A stretch of 64,000 nt of DNA, from positions 130,138,001 through 130,202,000 of the forward strand of contig OZ024742.1 in assembly GCA_964016885.1 (NCBI GenBank), in the 5' to 3' direction. The position numbers and the translations under genes are program-made. This DNA is from Eledone cirrhosa. Taxonomy: Eukaryota. This document shows positions 35,468-48,100 of the stretch, piece after piece (position 1 is the first letter of the stretch; every line of letters starts with the position of its first letter). The notes beneath the pieces were generated by a model. The model did no database searches. It had not been told where the DNA came from and saw nothing but the letters and a program-made list of their open reading frames with translations.

Positions 35468-35869
35468 GGTGTATGAACGATATCTCATCTCTCTAAGATT
35501 ATTAATTAAAACAGAAGGGCTTTACGATAACAAGGCTAATCTTTTTATTAAATGATACATTTAATAAAACACAACATAATAATTACATTCACAGGACATA
35601 CCTGCAAGCTAAACGGCAATGGCTTAATTCTTACATTCAAGAAGAGATATGAAAATCTCTTGGTCAAAAACAGGCGTTTTCACAAAGTACGTCCACGTGG
35701 CAGGACAAAGGCGACTGGAATGAAAAACCAAATCTCTTGAGTTTTACATTGGCGTCTCTTCTTTTAGAGAACGCCGAGATAAGGGAAGTGATTCGCTATT
35801 TTTTGGTGTTACCCACAGGTGGCGACACTGCGTTGCTATAGTCAACACACTATCGCCATAGTTACTACA
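35466..35869 (-). repeat. LTR type B, right copy
   Basis: The minus strand begins TGTAGTAACT. 35466-35709 is duplicated at 21731-21975, and the copy is followed by GAGG and satellite. Confidence 0.75.
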
Positions 35870-37575
35870 GAGGTATAGAAAAGTATAGAAGAGATATAGA
35901 GAGGTATAGAAGAGATATAGAGAGGTATAGAAGAGGTATAGAGAGGTATAGAAGAGGTATAGAGAGGTATAGAGATGTATAGAAGAGATATAGAGAGGTA
36001 TAGAAGAGATATAGAGAGGTATAGAAGAAACAGAGAGGTATAGAAGATATAGAGAGGTATAGAAGAGATATAAAAGGTATAGAAGAGATATAGAGGAGTA
36101 TAGAAGAGATATAGAGAAGTATAGAGAGGTATAGAAGAGATATAGAGAGGTATAGAAGGTTTAGAGAGGTATAGAAGGTATAGAGAGGTATAGAAGAGAT
36201 ATAGAGAGGTATAGAAGAGATATAGAGAGGTATAGAAGATATATAGAGAGGTATAAAAGAGATATAGAGAGGTATAGAAGAGATATAGAGAGGTATAGAA
36301 GAGATATAGAGGTATAGAGAGGTATAGAAGAGATATAGAGGTATAGAAAAGTATAGAAGAGATATAGAGAGGTATAGAAGAGATAGAGTGGTATAGGAGA
36401 TATAGAGAGGGGATATACAAATGAAGGGAGCAAATATATAGTAAAAGAGAGAATGGGGATAAGAGAGGAGAGGGGGCATAGAATATAGATAAATGAAAGA
36501 GAGAGGGTGTGAGAAAGATAAAGTAAGAGAAAGTGTAGGAGAGATAGGGGAAGAGTGTAGAATATAGATGGGAAAAGATAAAGTAAGAGAAAGAGTAAAA
36601 GAAAAATAGAGAGAGGCGAGATAAAGAAATTAAAGGGAGCAGAGGGGGGAGAGACAGAGAGAGAGAGAGAGACAGAGAGAGTGAGAGACAGGGAGAGAGA
36701 GAGGGGGAGACAGACAGAGAGACAGACAGACAGGCAGACAGAGAGAGAGCGAGAGATGGAGACAGACAGAGAGAGAGAGAGATGCAGAAATGGGGGGGGG
36801 AGAAGAAAGCAACAAAAAAAGTAAAGAAAAATAGAATGAGGTAGTGGTGCAAGTGAAAGAGGGGGGGGGGGGGCAAAAAAGCTGAAAAGAGAGTGGGTTG
36901 TAGAAATGGAAAGGAACAGAATGTAGATAGAGTGAGAGGGGGAGAGTCCAAAGGAAGATAAGAGTGGGAGACAAAGGGGAGTGAAATAGGAAAAAAAAAC
37001 AAAGAGAGATGCAGAGAGAGAGGAAGTAGAAGAGAGAGAGAGAGAGGGGGAGAGAGAGAACGAGGAAGTAGAAGAGAGATGTAGAGAGAGATGACGGGGG
37101 TAGGGTGAGAGAAAGAGAGGGTAGAAAAGAGATGCAGAGAGAGAGGGGAGAGAGAGAGAGAGGGGGAGAGGTAGACAGCATAAAAATTGAGTTAAATAGA
37201 CAATAGAGAAAATAAAGAAAAAATGATGTGAAGAGTGAAGAAAGGAAGAGAGAGGGAGCAAGGGAGATATATGATGAGAGGAAAGGAGAGGTAGAGGAAA
37301 GGAGAGATAGAGGAAAGGAGAGGTAGAGGAAAGGAGAGGTAGAGGAAAGGAGAAGTAGAGGAAAGGAGAGGTAGAGGAAAGGAGGGGTAGAGGAAAGGAG
37401 AGATAGAGGAAAGGAGAGGTAGAGGAAAGGAGGGGTAGAGGAAAGGAGGGGTAGCGGAAAGGAGGGATAGAGGAAAGGAGAGGTAGAGGAAAGGAGGGGT
37501 AGAGGGATAGAGGAAACGAGAGGTAGAGGAAGGGAGGGGTAGAGGAAAAGAGGGATAGAGGAAAGAGAAAAGAAA
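35870..37575. repeat. Purine-rich satellite (right half), then GA-rich low-complexity sequence
   Basis: AGAGGTATAG units, then (GA)n and GGAAAGGAGAGGTAGA units. Confidence 0.93.
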
Positions 37576-37749
37576 GCATGAAATTGCAACAATTAAAAAT
37601 AATAAATTGTTTCTACTTTTGGCACAAGGCCAGCAAATACCCAGTGTATTACTGGTACTTTAATTAAGGACAAAATAACAGATAATCAAAGATTAAAGAG
37701 TAGAGTGAAAGAAATGTGACAGATAGAAGAGATTATATATATATATATA

Positions 37750-38448
37750 TATTGTTATACTTTGGGAGGGTCATGTTGCCAATAAGAAACACACGGACCA
37801 GTTGCTTTCACTCCAATTTATTATAAATTAAATTTATAAATTTAAGAATTTATAAATTTCCGATTGGTTGGTTCCACAACCGGACGGTTGTTCATATATT
37901 GTCAAAGTTCTTTCATCACACATTCTGTGACCTCTTCAGTGACTGGGGATTCTTTTCTTTGTTTTGTGCCTCTCCTTTGTTCTGTCCTACGCCATCTTGT
38001 TTTTGTGCGTGTTGTGTGCTTAGTTTGCGCATGTGTTACATCCGGGTGTCTGTGTGTATTTTTATTTGTTTATTTATTTGTTTATTTACATGTTACTGGT
38101 TGGTTGTTTGTTCTATGTGTGTGTGTGTGTGTTTTCATTTTGTCCTTAATTGTAAGTTGTGATGTTGCTATTCCATTCATGTTTTCGATTTAATTTTGGT
38201 TGGAGTTCATTTATGTTTATTGCCTCTGTGATTTGTCTAAACATTGCGTCTTTTCTGTGTGTAGATTCTATTTTTATTTCTATGTTCTCTAATTTGCCCT
38301 TATGTTCTATTTTAGCATGTTGGTGGAGTACAGATGATTCTTTTTTTATCTTGAAGCTCTCGTCAGTGTTCATTTAACCGTTCTCCTATACTACGAGCTG
38401 TCTCACCTATGTACACTAGATAAGAATATAGTGTACATAGGTGAGACA
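37750..38448 (-). mobile_element. Penelope-like element 3' fragment (GIY-YIG endonuclease end) with a fold-back at its truncation point
   Basis: Minus strand VYIGETARSIGERLNEH* followed by SSVLHQHA...RQITEAININELQPKLNRKHEW. Perfect 20-bp inverted repeat at 38399-38418 / 38429-38448. Degenerate CTGAAGA...GAAA motif near 37903-37943 (minus). The left boundary is approximate. Confidence 0.75.
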
Positions 38449-38668
38449 CAAGGAAGGCAAAACTCACCCTCTTCCAGGGAAAAACCTTCTCTATTCTGTC
38501 TGCTGGAGCCACGGGACAGCCAGTGCGTGGGGACCCCATTTGCTTATAATAGTGAGAGATGGAGAAAACAAGAGAAACGGAGGCTGTGACAATGGGAATT
38601 GGATTCTTTTATGTTCAGTCCTTGTTAGGAAATTTTTGTTTCAGTGTATATGTAGATGCAACCACATG

Positions 38669-38704
<36 letters not shown>

Positions 38705-38715
38705 CACACGTGCGT

Positions 38716-38801
<86 letters not shown>

Positions 38802-39427
38802 CAGTGATCACTTTAATCATTTGATGTTTAATATTTATTGATATATTTCATTTTGTTTTTTTATGATTTAATTTTTAAAAGCTTCAAATTGTATACACTG
38901 GACTTTGATATATTGTTAAACAATATGTGAGAGAGAGAGAGAGAGAGAGAGTGTGTGTGTGTGCAAAAGGTAAACAAAAACAACAAAGCAAACCACACAA
39001 TACAATGTAGAAATATATTAGTTTAATGCTTGATAAAGCAGGAAAGGAGTCTATATGTTATGGACACTAGTCCTTCTTCAGAAGATAGAATGAGAAATAA
39101 AAGATGAAATAGAAAGATAGACAATGAGAAGTGGAAGGAACAGAAAAAATATTTGAGAAAAAGCATGAGTGTATTCAGTCAGCAATATATAAATCATGTT
39201 TAATGCAATAAAGTTTCACTTAAATCGTTTGCTGGATTATTGACTGTTACATAGGTCTTGCAGATGCTTGGCTCAAAGTCCATATAGATGTTTTAAACCC
39301 AACTCCAGTATCAATCTCCTCATCAGCAGTATCTGGGAAATATATGTAATGGTCCATAAACAAACAGAACATTTAAGTGAAACTTCTTCATGTTAAACTT
39401 AATATAATCACTCTGCTTTAGCATAGA

Positions 39428-40856
39428 CTAGCAGTGGTACCCGGCGTTGCACGGGATAAGGTATTGTGAAATATATAAGTACTCAGAAAGTACAATAACT
39501 AGGGTAAGAACGGGATGGAAGAAGTTTAGGGAACTACTACCACTGCTAGCTGCAAAAGGCTTCTCCCTCAGAATGAAAGGCAGACTGTATGATGCGTTGT
39601 TGCATGGTAGTGAGACCTGGGCGCTGAAGGTGGAAGACTTACGTAGATTAGAGAGAAACGAAGCCTGCATGCTCCGATGGATGTGTAACAGTAATATACG
39701 TGAACGACAAAGCATAAAGGAATTGAGAGAGAGACTGAGCATAAGAGGAATCAAATGCTGCGTGCAGGAGAGGCGGTTACGCTGGTATGGACATGTGATG
39801 CGTATGAAGGATGACAGCTGCATAAAAAGGTGCAGAGCACTAGAAGTTGATGGAAACCGCGGAGTGGGGAGACCCAAGATGACTTGGGATGAGGTGATAA
39901 AAGCCGACCTTACCCAACTACACCTCTCAAAGTCAATGACACACGACCGTGACTTCTGGCGTCACGCAGTAATACAGGGTACCCAACCTCCCATGGGTAC
40001 ATGCTGAAGCATATAAACAATATGCCCCCCCCCCCACCCCCCACCGCAAGGTGGTCGTGGAGGTGCCACGGCAAAAAAGCACCCAGCCCACACTGTAAAG
40101 TGGACGTGTAGGCGCCACGAAAAAGCACCCAGCACTCACTGTAAATGAGGTTGGTGTTAGGAAGGGCATCCAGCTGTAGAAATCAAGCCAGATCAGTTCC
40201 TGTATGAGCAAGGCATAGTCAGCCGACCAGACACTGCCCACAACAGGACAACCCGTCTAACCCATGCTAGCGTGGAAGAACGGACGTAAAACGGTGATGA
40301 TGATGATGATGACAACCGCCTTAGCTAAGCTTAGTATTGCCACAACCACGGCTGGCAAAGAAGTAAGTGTCTGGTGGTACATAAGTAAGCAACACTGTGG
40401 CTTAAAACGTGAGGAAGAAGTTGTGTGCACTTACCAACTGTTTGGGGAATGAGTGTGAGATTTGTCTTGAGCAAGAGTGGCAGAATAACCGGATGCAGCA
40501 GACAGCCAGACATACAGACAGATATTATAAGGGCGCGTTTTGGACGCAGAGCGAATTGTAGGAAGTGACGTAATGCAGACAGCCAGACATACAGACAGAT
40601 ATTATAAGGGCGCAACGTTATATGTATGTATATATCTAAAAAGAGGAAGACTAAGAATTATAGAAAGAGATCGCTAAATCGCCTAATACGGTCCCTAGGG
40701 CATTGAAAATTTGAAATTGTTTTTGCTCAGAACACTCCCTGAAACATAAGTATTACATATGTAAAGGTTGAAAACAGTCAGTTGGGTGCTTCTCTAGTTT
40801 TAGGGATTCAAACTCACACACACACAGACAGACATCCTCAGTGTTATATATAGAGA
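39428..40856 (-). mobile_element. Non-autonomous Helitron with a nested RTE fragment
   Basis: Minus strand 5' A|TCTCTATATATAAC-CTGAGGATGTCTGTCTGTG (similar to 4074). 3' hairpin CCCGTGCAACGCCGGG followed by CTAG|T. Confidence 0.8.
39480..40313 (+). mobile_element. 5'-truncated RTE LINE inside the Helitron
   Basis: RVRTGWKKFRELLPLL...LHGSETW...RLRWYGHVMR...GRPKMTW, then 3' UTR and (GAT)n. Confidence 0.9.
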
Positions 40857-40944
40857 TTATTCATATTGGTTCCACCTCCAGTAATCCACAAAATGACAGA
40901 ATATTTTCTTATTCGCCCACTTCTTCCCGAGAAGGTCGTGGGGG

Positions 40945-41330
40945 CAGAGTCCTCAAACACCCCTTCCAGTGGGTCCTGTCAGAAGCAACCATCTCCAGTT
41001 GATCCCCCTGGATCTCCTGATAGTTGGTTTTGCCTGTAAAATCTGTCCAGTGATTCTTTCTTGAGACATTCTAACCACATACCCATAATATCGGAGCTGT
41101 GATCTCTCAATTCTGAGAAGTAGTGGCTCTACCTGGAGTGACTCTCTGATCTCTGAGCTACACATTCTATCAAGTAATGTTACTCCGAAAACCCTTCAGA
41201 GGAACCCCATTTCGACCACTTGTATTCACGATCCTATTCTTTCAGTCATTACCCAGGATTCATGACCATAGGTAAGGGTTGGCATGAATACCAAATTGAA
41301 AACACAAGTTTGGCTTTTACGCCGACCTCC
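40945..41330 (-). mobile_element. Fragment of a second RTE-clade LINE family
   Basis: PTLTYGHESWVMTERI, VEPLLLRIERSQLRYYGYVVRMSQER. Confidence 0.75.
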
Positions 41331-41426
41331 CTTCTGATTATATCGACACATATGTATACACACACAAATGCAAATATATGTATGCCCAAATATATATACA
41401 CATATATTTATACACATGGAAGCACA

Positions 41427-41767
41427 TGGCTTAGTGGTTAGAGCATTGGCCTTGCAATCGAAAGGTTGTGAGTTCAATTCTCAGACCGGGTGATGTGTTG
41501 TTTCCTTGAGCAAGAGACTTTATTTCACATTGCTCCAGTTTACTCAGCTGTAGAAATGAGATGATAGGGACTGGGGTCCATATCATTCCACTGCAAAGTG
41601 GTCGTGGAGGTGCCATGGCAAAAAAGCACCCAGCACTCACTGTAAATGAGGTTGGTGTTAGGAAGGGCATCCAGCTGTAGAAATCAAGCCAGAATCAGTT
41701 CCTGTCCCACCCTTGCAAGCAGGATACGTGGACGTAAAATGATGATGATGATGATGATGATGATGAT
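41427..41767 (+). mobile_element. tRNA-derived SINE with RTE-like tail (copy of 8373-8711)
   Basis: High identity to 8373-8711. Confidence 0.85.
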
Positions 41768-41853
41768 CCATATATATATATATATGTATATATACACATA
41801 TGCATATATAAATACACACATGTACATATATGTATAAATACACATATATACAC

Positions 41854-41912
<59 letters not shown>

Positions 41913-42770
41913 TACACACACACACATATATATATATACATAGACAACCAGCCATATATATATATACATATATATATATATACATATATATATATATGTG
42001 TGTGTGTGTTCACATATGTGTACATAAACATGTACATACACACACACACACACAGATATATGTATACATACAGAGGTCCCCATACACAGATATAACCATA
42101 TATGTAAGGGTATACATTCATACACATCTGTACATATCCATGTACATCTCCCCATATAGCTACACACATATACATAGATACATATATACATACACACGTA
42201 GACATGCATAGACATTTATATGCATAGATTGATACGTATATTCATGCAGACACATACTCAGGTGCACATACACATACATATAAGCACTTGTACATCTCCA
42301 TATATATATATAGAGAGAGAGAGAGAAAGGAAAGAGGGATATACACATATACACACAAATATAAATATAAAAAATGAAAACAAAAACAAATACTGTATAT
42401 ATATATTTACTTAGTGAGATAAGTACTTCCTTTCTCATGTAACACACCTATAGATAGACCCCTATATATACTTTGATATATATAGACATACACGTGTGTA
42501 TACATAGATGTACACATAAATGTATTCATATAAATGTTCTCATACCCATACACATATATACATATTGGGTAATGAAGACCACACTAATGTGTATATAAAC
42601 ATATACAGCTTCAAGTATACATACATTCCCATATATATCTGTATATAGATATATATACATAAACACACCCACAGCCTTACCAACCCTCAAAATAAACATA
42701 ATTTCACAGGTAGACATGAGTATGTGCATGTATGCACATATACAGATATGTAGATTTATATATTTAATAT
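41768..42770. repeat. TA/CA low-complexity region
   Basis: Directly visible. Confidence 0.85.
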
Positions 42771-43477
42771 TAATTAATCAATTACTGGTTAATTGTTTCC
42801 TCAGCTACAGAAAAAATTCATATAAATTATGAAAGTTAGAAAATTGTATAATTGATAAAATTAATAAAGAAATCCATCAGAAAATATGAATTTCCCTGTA
42901 AATTGGAAAAATAACTAATCGATTTTCAGGCCTAATTGGGCTTTCATCAGAAGGCGTGTATGTCATCCAAACAACTACAAGGAAACATGTATTTGATGAG
43001 CTTATATACCCATCCTCTCTTTGTATTATTCTGAAATGGATGTACTAATTTTTATATAATTAGCGCTTATGTTGGTAATTAATTAGTGTGCTCACAGCCT
43101 AAGTGTATGATAAAGTTATATCTGTCTAAATATAAAATGTGTAACCAAGACTGCAATATGTATGTAAATATGTATGTAAATATACACACTATTAATATGC
43201 AGACATGTAAACATGCCAGAAAATACGAATTTCCTTGTAAATTGAAAGAAATGATATACATATACTCTATATTATCAGTATTGAGCCCTGTCTCCTTGTG
43301 AACAACCAATATCTCTAGATCGCACACACACGTGTATGTGTGTGTGTGTGAGTGTGTTGTTATTTCTGTTTACCTTTTACATACATATATATATATATTC
43401 CCAGTCCAAACCCATGCAAGCGTGGAACATGGACGTTAAACGTTGATGATGATGATGATGATATATATATATATATA

Positions 43478-44755
43478 CAGGGTGTGGACGATATTTGTTC
43501 GCAATTTTCAACTGCTAATTTTATGCAAATTTTTTTTACTTCCGTTGTAACTCTTGTCTTCATAAAAACAGTGACTATATTTCCATTATTTATTTTCAGA
43601 ATAATTGATTATGAATAATTTTGAACCTCCAAATTTGTGGAAGAGACACAGAGTTCTTCTTGGAATCCAAGCCAGGAGGACAAATAAGGAAATTTCAGAC
43701 TTTCTCAGTGTCAGCAGGAGAATGGTGGAAAAGGTCAGAAAGGAATTGAAAGATTCAGGATTCGACTACGAAGCAACATCAGAGAGGAAAACACATGATC
43801 GACGATCTGACGCCTTCAGAACGCCCGACTTCGTCGCTGAAGTTCAGGATATCATCAATAATGAACCTAGCAAGTCGATGCATGCCATTGCAAGGGAGAA
43901 AGGCGTGGATGAAAAGCTCATTAGGCTGGTGGTACATGAAGACATTCGCTACGTTTCATACAAGATGAAGAAAGGACAATTTCTGTCAAAGGCGATGCAA
44001 GAAAAGCGACTGAAGCACGCAAAGGAGCTGATCAACAAGTTGAAACACCCACTAGAGTCAGACATGCTGTGGTTTTTCTCCGACGAGAAAAACTTCTGCC
44101 AAGACCAAAAGATCAACTCCCAGAACAACAGGTGGCTCACTGTCTCATCCAAAGATGTTCCCAGAGTCATGCGGACAAAGTTTCCAGCAACAACATTGGT
44201 CTTAGGTGTCGTCAGCAGTCAAGGTGACGTCATACCACTTCACTTCTTCCCTGAGGGCCTCAAGCTGAACACCGATGGCTACATCCACGTTCTGAGCGAG
44301 GTAGTAAAGCCCAGGTAGCTGTAGGTAGGCTGTACGTGTAGCAGCAAGACTCAGCGCCCTGCATACCAGCCGAAAGACCCAAGCCTGGCTGTCAGAGAAC
44401 TTCGTCGACCACACTTCACTTGACATCTGGCCTCCCAGCTCGCCTGACTGCAACCCCCTCGACTTCTTTGTGTGGGGCGCAGTGGAACGAGACACCAACA
44501 GATCTAGCTGCAATACGAAAGACGATCTGAAGGGCACGATCACAAGTTGGGGGACAGTGACGAAGACCTGTAGCCGGTTCCGAGGCCGACTTGAGGCCGT
44601 CATCAAAACCAATGGCGGGTTTATCGAGTGAGATCGAAAGAACAAGTCATGAAGACAAATTGACCCAAGTTTGATAAATATATCTTAAAAAATAAAAGTA
44701 GTGTGTTATTTTTTCCTAGACAGTAATCTTGCAAACAAATATCGTCCGCACCCTG
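43478..44755 (+). mobile_element. Tc1/mariner superfamily, maT (DD37D) transposon with a defective transposase
   Basis: 27-bp TIRs CAGGGTG(T/C)GGACGATATTTGTT(C/T)GCAA flanked by TA. WFFSDEKNF, then QQD-(37 aa counted)-D in WPPSSPDCNPLDFFVWG. Stops and a frameshift near 44316-44341. Confidence 0.93.
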
Positions 44756-44838
44756 TATATATAACGAAGGAGTTGTAGTAAGGAACCAGATGGACCATAA
44801 AGAGTACTCGATACTTAAAGTAGTAGAGTGGGTAATAG

Positions 44839-44942
44839 GAAAATGTATGACCCCGACGGCAGAGCTCAATCCGTTTCAACGGCACTTTCAGTCCAGAAAT
44901 AGCCGTCGAAATAGCTTGAGCTCTGCCGTCGGGACCATACAT

Positions 44943-44946
<4 letters not shown>
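44839..44946. repeat. Hairpin element (31-bp arms, 2 mismatches)
   Basis: GAAAATGTATGACCCCGACGGCAGAGCTCAA pairs with TTGAGCTCTGCCGTCGGGACCATACATTTTC. Confidence 0.85.
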
Positions 44947-44998
<52 letters not shown>

Positions 44999-45119
44999 CA
45001 AAATGTTAACAAATGAAAAATATTCGCATAATCAAAATATATACTTTATTATATATATTTCAAAGGTACTGCATTGTTTCGGTACAGTATATGGAAGGGA
45101 TATATTAGGTTAACACTTG

Positions 45120-45168
<49 letters not shown>

Positions 45169-48100
45169 AGGCAAATTGGCAGAGTTGTTAGAAACTCAGA
45201 TAAAATTATTTATAGTATTCGTTCCAGCTCTCTGCTCCCTGAGTTCAAATCCCGCTGAAATCAACTTTGCCTTTCATCCTTTCGTGGTCAATAAAAAAAA
45301 AAGTACCAGTCTACTACTGGGGTTGATTCTTCCTCTAATAGTACCAGTCTAGTACTGGGGTTGATTCTTCCTCTAATAGTACCAGTCTAGTACTGGGGTT
45401 GGTTCTTCTTCTATATCTCTTTCTCATTTCTTCTCTCTCACTTTCTATCTTTCTCTGGAAGAAATCTGCTGTACTCAGGCCTGGAGAGGGATGGGCTCTG
45501 CCAGGCTTAAAATGCCCAAGAAACACCGTATGTCAATGCAGCGCCTCTACAACTCTATCAGGAGTTACATAATCGTATATACATACATATATATATGCAT
45601 TGTGATCATCATCATTTGGCATAGGTTGGATGGGATGTCACATTCAAACACTAAATGAGTTGGAGAACCACATCTTGCTCATATGTTCCAAATTTTGACA
45701 GGATGTCCTTGGCTGGATGCCCTTCCTAATGCTAACTATAGAGTGTACTCACAATCATCTTAACCCCAATACCTAGCTCCCCTCAATATATTTTGTTTTA
45801 CAAAAGCTATAGTGTACCATGGATATCACAAACAACACTACACCTAAATCCTACATTTAATTGAATACACATTTAAATCCAATTTCTACCAGTATACCCA
45901 TTCTTTCAGAACAATAATAGAAAAGCAGACACTCATCATCATTATCATCATCATCATCAACATCTATTTTCCATTGTTTTACCCAAATACATATGGTCTC
46001 TGAAAATACAGTGAAGCACTGATATTTTTTACTTTTTAATCAAGAAGGAAATGGCAGTATCTATAACCCTTTTCAATTCCTCCAAAACTGAAGGAGAAAG
46101 TCTTCACATAGTTGATGCTCCAAGTTATCTTTATCTTTATCATTTTTCATCCATTTCTACATGTTGTATGATGTCTATCCATTTGCTTTTATTTTTCCTT
46201 TGTGAGATTCACCATTCTGAGATTTGTTCTTACATGTTCCCCAATTTTCCCCAAGCCAACCCTATAATATTTTTCGATTTTTCTCCGACTATCATCATCC
46301 ATGCTCATTATATGTCAATACCAACTCAATCTTCTCTCTTGTACACAACATTTGATTAGTTTTTTTGTTTTTGTTTTGTTTTTTTTACTCATCTGACTTT
46401 GTCATTCATACTATATGTCAACATGTACATGTATGCCTATGAGAGGATGTACATGTCTGTGTTAACATATTTAATGCTGCATGCATTAAATATATTAACA
46501 TTTACCTATTTAGCTATGTATTGGGTGACCTTAGAAATTACACCCAAAAAATCACTTACATGAAAGGAAATATGAAAAATGAAATGCCATAGCATACTGA
46601 TTAAATGAACATCTAAAATGTTACATAAATACATTCACACACAACTCTATAGCAACACAATTTCATTGAAATACTGGTGGATATAATAGTCAGCTCATTA
46701 GAACTTTAGATAGAATGCTTCAAAGTATTTGTTCCACCACTTGGCATTCTGGGTTCAAATCCCATCAAGGTCAACTTTGCTATTCATCCTTTCTAAAAAT
46801 TTAAAGTCTGTCTTGAGCCCAGAAGTTCATCAGGCTGGTGCTTATCCTAGTTTCTGTGATGTTAAACGACTGAGAGTACAAAACTCCCCCCTGAACAGGA
46901 CACCAGTCCATCACAGTATTAAACCCTCAGCTACTGCTGGTGCTTATTTTCAGCTGAGTATACTTGAGCAACATGAAATGAAGTGTTTTGCTCAAGAATA
47001 CATACAAGACACAACCCAATCCAGGAATCAAACCCATGACATTATGATACTAAGTCCAACACCCTTGCCACAAGGTCAATAAATAAAGTATCAGTTAAAT
47101 ATTGGGGTGGGTTCTGCCTCTATCTTTTTTCTGACTTTCTATTGCTCGGCCTTATTCAAACCTGGAGATAGATGACCTTCTCTAGGTTTGATTGCCCAAA
47201 ACATTCCATATCATGTCAGCATCCCTTCAATTTCATCAGGAGTTCACGGCCCATGTCATACATGTATGTCATGTATAATAGTCAGCAGTACAAAATATAT
47301 TCTAATATGATGAGCCAACAAACAAGCCTCTGTGCCAGGCATGAGCAGCCTTTTTCAAGTATAGGATGTGGTTGATCATAAGGCAGGCCACACTACTAAC
47401 AAATTCAAGGCAATTGTCAGCAGCCCATTTGAGGAAGGAGTTGATCCATGAGGCATATGGTTTTATAGTGGCATTTGAAAGAAAATTGCAATTATAGGAA
47501 TTCCGGCTTAGGAAAGGAAATTGCAGATATTTTCCACACTTTTCCAAAAAGTAAAACACAGAATCCAGAAATTTTTATGAATATAATCCAAGATTTTAAA
47601 AGAAATGGAGTTTATATCAGATTTTGTTATGTTTACATCCCATTTTTGCTTCCTTGTAAAGATACATGGCTTAGTGGTTAGAGAATTGGATTTACAATAT
47701 GATGCTTTATGTCCTTGAGCAAGACACTTTATTTCACATTGCTCATTCTGTCAAGAGTTGTAACCAGTAGATAGTATCAGCATAGAAACATTGTTTTCTA
47801 GTTCCAATTTAATGAGCGCCACCCAACTCGGTAAGTGAATGAGATCTGGAATCTTGTCCTTTGCTTCCTTGCAGTTCAAGTTGGTTACTACACCGTTTGT
47901 TATGGAAATGAACACTGCATCAGAAATAATCAAAAGAGAATTGACAAAAAGCAAAGTTATCCCTGGAGGTATTTGAACTTAGAATATAAAAAGCCAGAAT
48001 AAATACTGCAAAACATTTTGACTGATACTTTAACAATTCAGCAAATCCATAGCAATAACAACACTTGAGCCAATTGGTATAATGACAAAAAAAATTGAAA

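Larger units (their letters stand above)
21709..35869 (-). mobile_element. Composite Ty3/Gypsy LTR-retrotransposon insertion carrying a rhabdovirus L EVE and a nested hAT
   Basis: Direct repeats 21731-21975 and 35466-35709 show ~2 differences in 245 bp. GAGG lies at both outer edges (21705-21708, 35870-35873), the same satellite flanks both sides, and the right terminus is ...TTACTACA. Confidence 0.8.
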
